Source of the DNA: an uncultured bacterium | GTDB taxonomy: Bacteria; Fidelibacterota; Marinisomatia; Marinisomatales; UBA1611 | NCBI GenBank assembly: GCA_965660855.1 | Contig: CBFIBM010000012.1 | Location: 1-59,663 of the forward strand | Length of the DNA stretch: 59,663 bases | Direction: 5' to 3' | In this document: piece by piece, positions 57,301 to 59,663 of the stretch | Layout of the letters: every line of letters starts with the position of its first letter | How positions within the stretch are numbered: position 1 is the first letter of the stretch | The notes under the pieces: model-generated | What the model was told of the DNA's origin: nothing | The model's database searches: none | What the model saw: only the letters and a program-made list of their open reading frames with translations | Position numbers and translations under genes: made by a program

Positions 57301-58562
57301 GCTTGATCATCTATTCCATTATCAATTAGTTCATCGATTGCACCATCACCATTATTATCAATACCATCTGCGTATGCATGTCCCAAACGGTCTTGCGTAA
57401 CGTACCATAGCATTACACCAGTTTCTGTTGTATATCTATTAAAAGGATCATTAGAAGCAAGATCAATCATTTCTTGAGTAATTAATGGAGATGCAGCCTC
57501 TCCATTTTGAGATATACCATCACCCCAATATTTTCCTACCCAATCTTCGTTTGCTCCATCAACATAATTTATCATTTCATTTGTAAATATCGGACTTCCA
57601 GATTCCCCAAGTATTCCACCGTCATCAACTCTGTTATGAATTAAATTAGGTCTACCTATAAAAACAGGGTCATGTCCCTCAAATTCATCTTCATTAAAAT
57701 GAGTCCAATCTTGACCGGATAGAGCAACTCCCGAAACTTTAAAGCCAAAATTTCCAATTTTATGAGCTGTTCGAAAAGTAAGTTTTTTTAATAAACTTGT
57801 ATTCTTTTGGTCAAGCATTCCACCTTGGATATTTAAACTTGTTCCTTGAGACCGTAAAGGTGAGCTCGTAACAATATTTAAAATACCACTATGCGCATTG
57901 GGTCCATAAAGAGCAGAGGCGGGACCAAGTACTACTTCTATTTGTTCTACATCCTCAAATGAAACTGGTATTACATTATAAGCGGTTAGTCTTAGAGATG
58001 GTACATTTGCCATGCGCCCATCTGTAAGTGTAAGCATTCTTGAACTAAAAGATGAATTAAATCCCCTTGCTGTAATATTATAACTATCAATTCCAGATTG
58101 AGTGAAATCAATTCCTTTTGTCCCTTTAATGTAATCTCCTAAGTTAGTATTACTTTCTCTTCGAATCTCACTCTTTGTGATAACAGAGATTGCAGCCGGA
58201 GCATCTTCAATACGCTCCTTCCTTCTTGACGCTGTAACAATATAAGTTTCAAGCTCTAAGACTTCAGGTTTTAAAGAGATATTTAATATTTTCTCTCCAG
58301 ATTCACCAATAAAAATCTCTTCTCTATATATTTCATATCCAATATATTGGACTTTAACAAAATTCTTTTCAAGTTTAATATTTTTAATAATAAAATTACC
58401 ATCAACATCACTTGCTGCACCCTGAGACGTATTCTCAATGATAATATTTGCACCAATAAGCGGTTTCATATTGGTGGAATCAAAGATTTTACCAGAAATT
58501 TGGAAGTTATTACTTAATACTATATTTACTATAAATAGGAGAGCGGAAGAATATTTTATCAT
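54399..58562 (-). CDS. TonB-dependent receptor with large Asp-rich repeat insertions
   Basis: N-terminal carboxypeptidase-regulatory-like domain (LIGANI...GAASDVDG.F), plug (VTASR, ARGF, IEVVLGPASALYG), C-terminal NNLLN...F. Confidence 0.9.
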   Translation of the reverse strand: MIKYSSALLFIVNIVLSNNFQISGKIFDSTNMKPLIGANIIIENTSQGAASDVDGNFIIKNIKLEKNFVKVQYIGYEIYREEIFIGESGEKILNISLKPEVLELETYIVTASRRKERIEDAPAAISVITKSEIRRESNTNLGDYIKGTKGIDFTQSGIDSYNITARGFNSSFSSRMLTLTDGRMANVPSLRLTAYNVIPVSFEDVEQIEVVLGPASALYGPNAHSGILNIVTSSPLRSQGTSLNIQGGMLDQKNTSLLKKLTFRTAHKIGNFGFKVSGVALSGQDWTHFNEDEFEGHDPVFIGRPNLIHNRVDDGGILGESGSPIFTNEMINYVDGANEDWVGKYWGDGISQNGEAASPLITQEMIDLASNDPFNRYTTETGVMLWYVTQDRLGHAYADGIDNNGDGAIDELIDNGIDDQAEAWYDGIDNDGDGIIDEPDELGSAWLDRFESNAPGVVNTSQFFSPDSSYEATDFYHKSGFGDYTYDSEGNIVFDTNGNGIFNDNLGSNGLDDDGDWGLYIDSQYNPFSIPEEEFIDLNGNGSFEANVSEAFIDSDGDGSWDNHEPFEDLNGNNTWDEGEAFTDENGNGIWNPAEFLLDFGIDRDNGTGDYGEGNGVWDGESFTDVNGNGIWEQFIFNDLDGDGLPSPNEVGVDERDEQDFSVNYGGLPNKYKDANDDGINDYPEFNVRNLRYDLRLDWEPNDDASISLSHGYAWARNINITGIARYLADGWVYRYYQARARYKNLFFQSYLNSSYSGDSQSPTRNLATGSIIYDRSKKFSAQLQHVNTFFEDKVRFVWGLDYFLTLPDTRGSILSDKDLTDRKDNNNNGEAGSPYIFDDKNDNTWYDDGERYTKWSTSNGTPTGTLIDSIDNVLNAIADGIDNDGDSDDFEDLNSNGIPDYIDENQNSTYDEGDILEPGVKWLGGQIFVVFADGIDNDKDGKIDENIDEGIDEASEDNKYTVNELGAYYQLNWKINPKWEIIQATRLDIHDRLTNLVEFNNQQYGSGYSPLDWSFNSKGTSGLQVSPKVGLVYRPKDNQNFRLTWAKAFNTPTNQALFLDLFVTRVSIFKVYARGASGGYVFPRDTLDNPYFYSTEEFIHKPVDTDESIYFYPSTDPRIDGFYSKSVKDLPELEAEVVTSWELGYKGRINPLLYATLDVYTSHYSSFISPVTFITPIVVEKEVLETDYNDNGIINTIDDLDNDIINDKEDYDESFDNWRNGIQGVTAMDTIPGFAPPVVVGYINYGEVDMWGFDGSLTYLFHPEWTIDLNYSYLGMTEFYNPVTKNKDPINAPRHKAGLKLNYKPRKWPVTCSLNTRYVDGYQWSSGIYFGDIKPYFINDLHLGYEINKNLKINLTINNLLNHYHTEIVGGPSLGRVSLIRLQTSF

Positions 58563-58571
58563 AATTTTTCA

Positions 58572-58611
58572 TAAAAATAAAAGCCTTACATCAGTAAGGC
58601 TTTTATTTTTA
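58572..58611. terminator. Perfect 18-bp-stem hairpin, bidirectional terminator-like
   Basis: TAAAAATAAAAGCCTTAC-ATCA-GTAAGGCTTTTATTTTTA. Confidence 0.85.
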
Positions 58612-58624
58612 GCATAGATTTGAT

Positions 58625-59663
58625 TTATTTCATTAGCAACATTTTACCATTTACGGTACGATCGTTTGATCGTATTTCGTAAAAGTAAACACCGGAAGAT
58701 ACTTTATTTCCAGCATTATCAACACCGTACCATGAAATATCATATGTACCTGCATTCATCATACCTTGATCTGCGGTGTATACCTTCTCTCCAGTAAGAG
58801 AGTATACATTAAGACTAACATTAGATAGCACTTCTGTTGAGAATTTAATTTTAGTTGAAGGGTTAAATGGGTTTGGATAATTACCATGTAACTTGAATTC
58901 AGATGATATCGGAGCATCTTCATCTACTTCTACAAATTGAGTGTTTACCCAATTAACAAGAACTCTTTGAGTGGTTACATCTCTAACGCATGCATTGTCA
59001 ACCTCTAATACTAGTCTTCCGGTTTCATCTTCGTCATTGTAGTCCCAACCAGAGTCATCTACTCCACATTCACCAGCACAGGCATCTTTAACCCCTAATA
59101 ATGTTGCTGTTGGACCTTTCTGTACAATAGCTCCGCAGAGGGTAGCATCACCAGTTTGTGTGAAACATTCTAAGAATTCAGCATTTAAAACTGAAGCTAC
59201 TCCATCTGCTATTACATCTGCAACAGCATCATCGACATAAATAGTAGCTACAGAGTCTGCAGCTGCTCTTATTGATGCTTCTACATCACTTGTCGCTCCA
59301 AATGCTGCAGCATAAACTTGAGAAAATACTCCTCCCGCTTCATACATATTATAGGTAAGAAAATAACCTGTTGGTGCAAAACCTTCATCTCCATTAAATG
59401 GAATTCCATCATCTCCATTAGGATCAAAGTAATAGACATGATTAGCTGCAACTAATCCAGCAGGTGTCGTATCACCTGTAGCAGGATTTACTTCATAAGT
59501 ATCTTCATCATCTGGATCAATGGTTTGTCCAGGTCCACCTACCATAGGGAAAGTTAATTCTTGTTCACCACCACCTGTCCATCCTAAGTCATACCACAAA
59601 TTTGTATCAGGGTGTACATAGGCAAGATATAATTCTGTGTTATTAATAGTTACCGTATCTGCG
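58625..59663 (-). CDS. Secreted protein with C-terminal FlgD-Ig/T9SS-like domain; N-terminus beyond the window edge
   Basis: Frame stays open to the window end; NYPNPFNPST...WYGVDNAGNKVSSGVYFY..GKMLLMK. Confidence 0.8.
   Translation of the reverse strand, partial: ADTVTINNTELYLAYVHPDTNLWYDLGWTGGGEQELTFPMVGGPGQTIDPDDEDTYEVNPATGDTTPAGLVAANHVYYFDPNGDDGIPFNGDEGFAPTGYFLTYNMYEAGGVFSQVYAAAFGATSDVEASIRAAADSVATIYVDDAVADVIADGVASVLNAEFLECFTQTGDATLCGAIVQKGPTATLLGVKDACAGECGVDDSGWDYNDEDETGRLVLEVDNACVRDVTTQRVLVNWVNTQFVEVDEDAPISSEFKLHGNYPNPFNPSTKIKFSTEVLSNVSLNVYSLTGEKVYTADQGMMNAGTYDISWYGVDNAGNKVSSGVYFYEIRSNDRTVNGKMLLMK

Overview
AT-rich, tightly packed bacterial chromosome segment, most consistent with a streamlined marine FCB-group organism such as Marinimicrobia/SAR406. 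This is inferred from the gingipain-dockerin protein, FlgD-Ig/T9SS-like C-termini, thyX and photolyases. Layout: (1) 1-11.8 kb: secreted/envelope proteins. (2) About 11.8-28.7 kb: a co-oriented light/photo-oxidative-stress island containing furan/cyclopropane fatty-acid genes, lipocalin, SOUL, glutathione peroxidase, DUF2256, an FeS-less (6-4)-type photolyase, a class II CPD photolyase and a CarH-like regulator. (3) 28.7-54.2 kb: housekeeping and acyl-CoA metabolism (cysQ-like, thyX, E1 + acyltransferase + homocitrate synthase-like, ribD-E-BA-H, GcdH-like, BirA, methylmalonyl-CoA mutase, AcuI, AtuA/E). (4) A TonB receptor with large acidic repeat insertions and a truncated secreted protein. 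Best candidate for an undescribed system: a 9-bp-period tandem direct repeat (consensus AAWCGCTCAWAACGCTYAWA) found four times in the island, each 27-29 nt upstream of a -10-like hexamer. One copy precedes a BldC/MerR-HTH + cobalamin-binding-fold regulator that has lost all canonical B12-binding residues and carries a CxxxCC motif. I saw no rRNA, tRNA, CRISPR array or mobile element. All family calls are from motif recognition by eye; no database searches were run.
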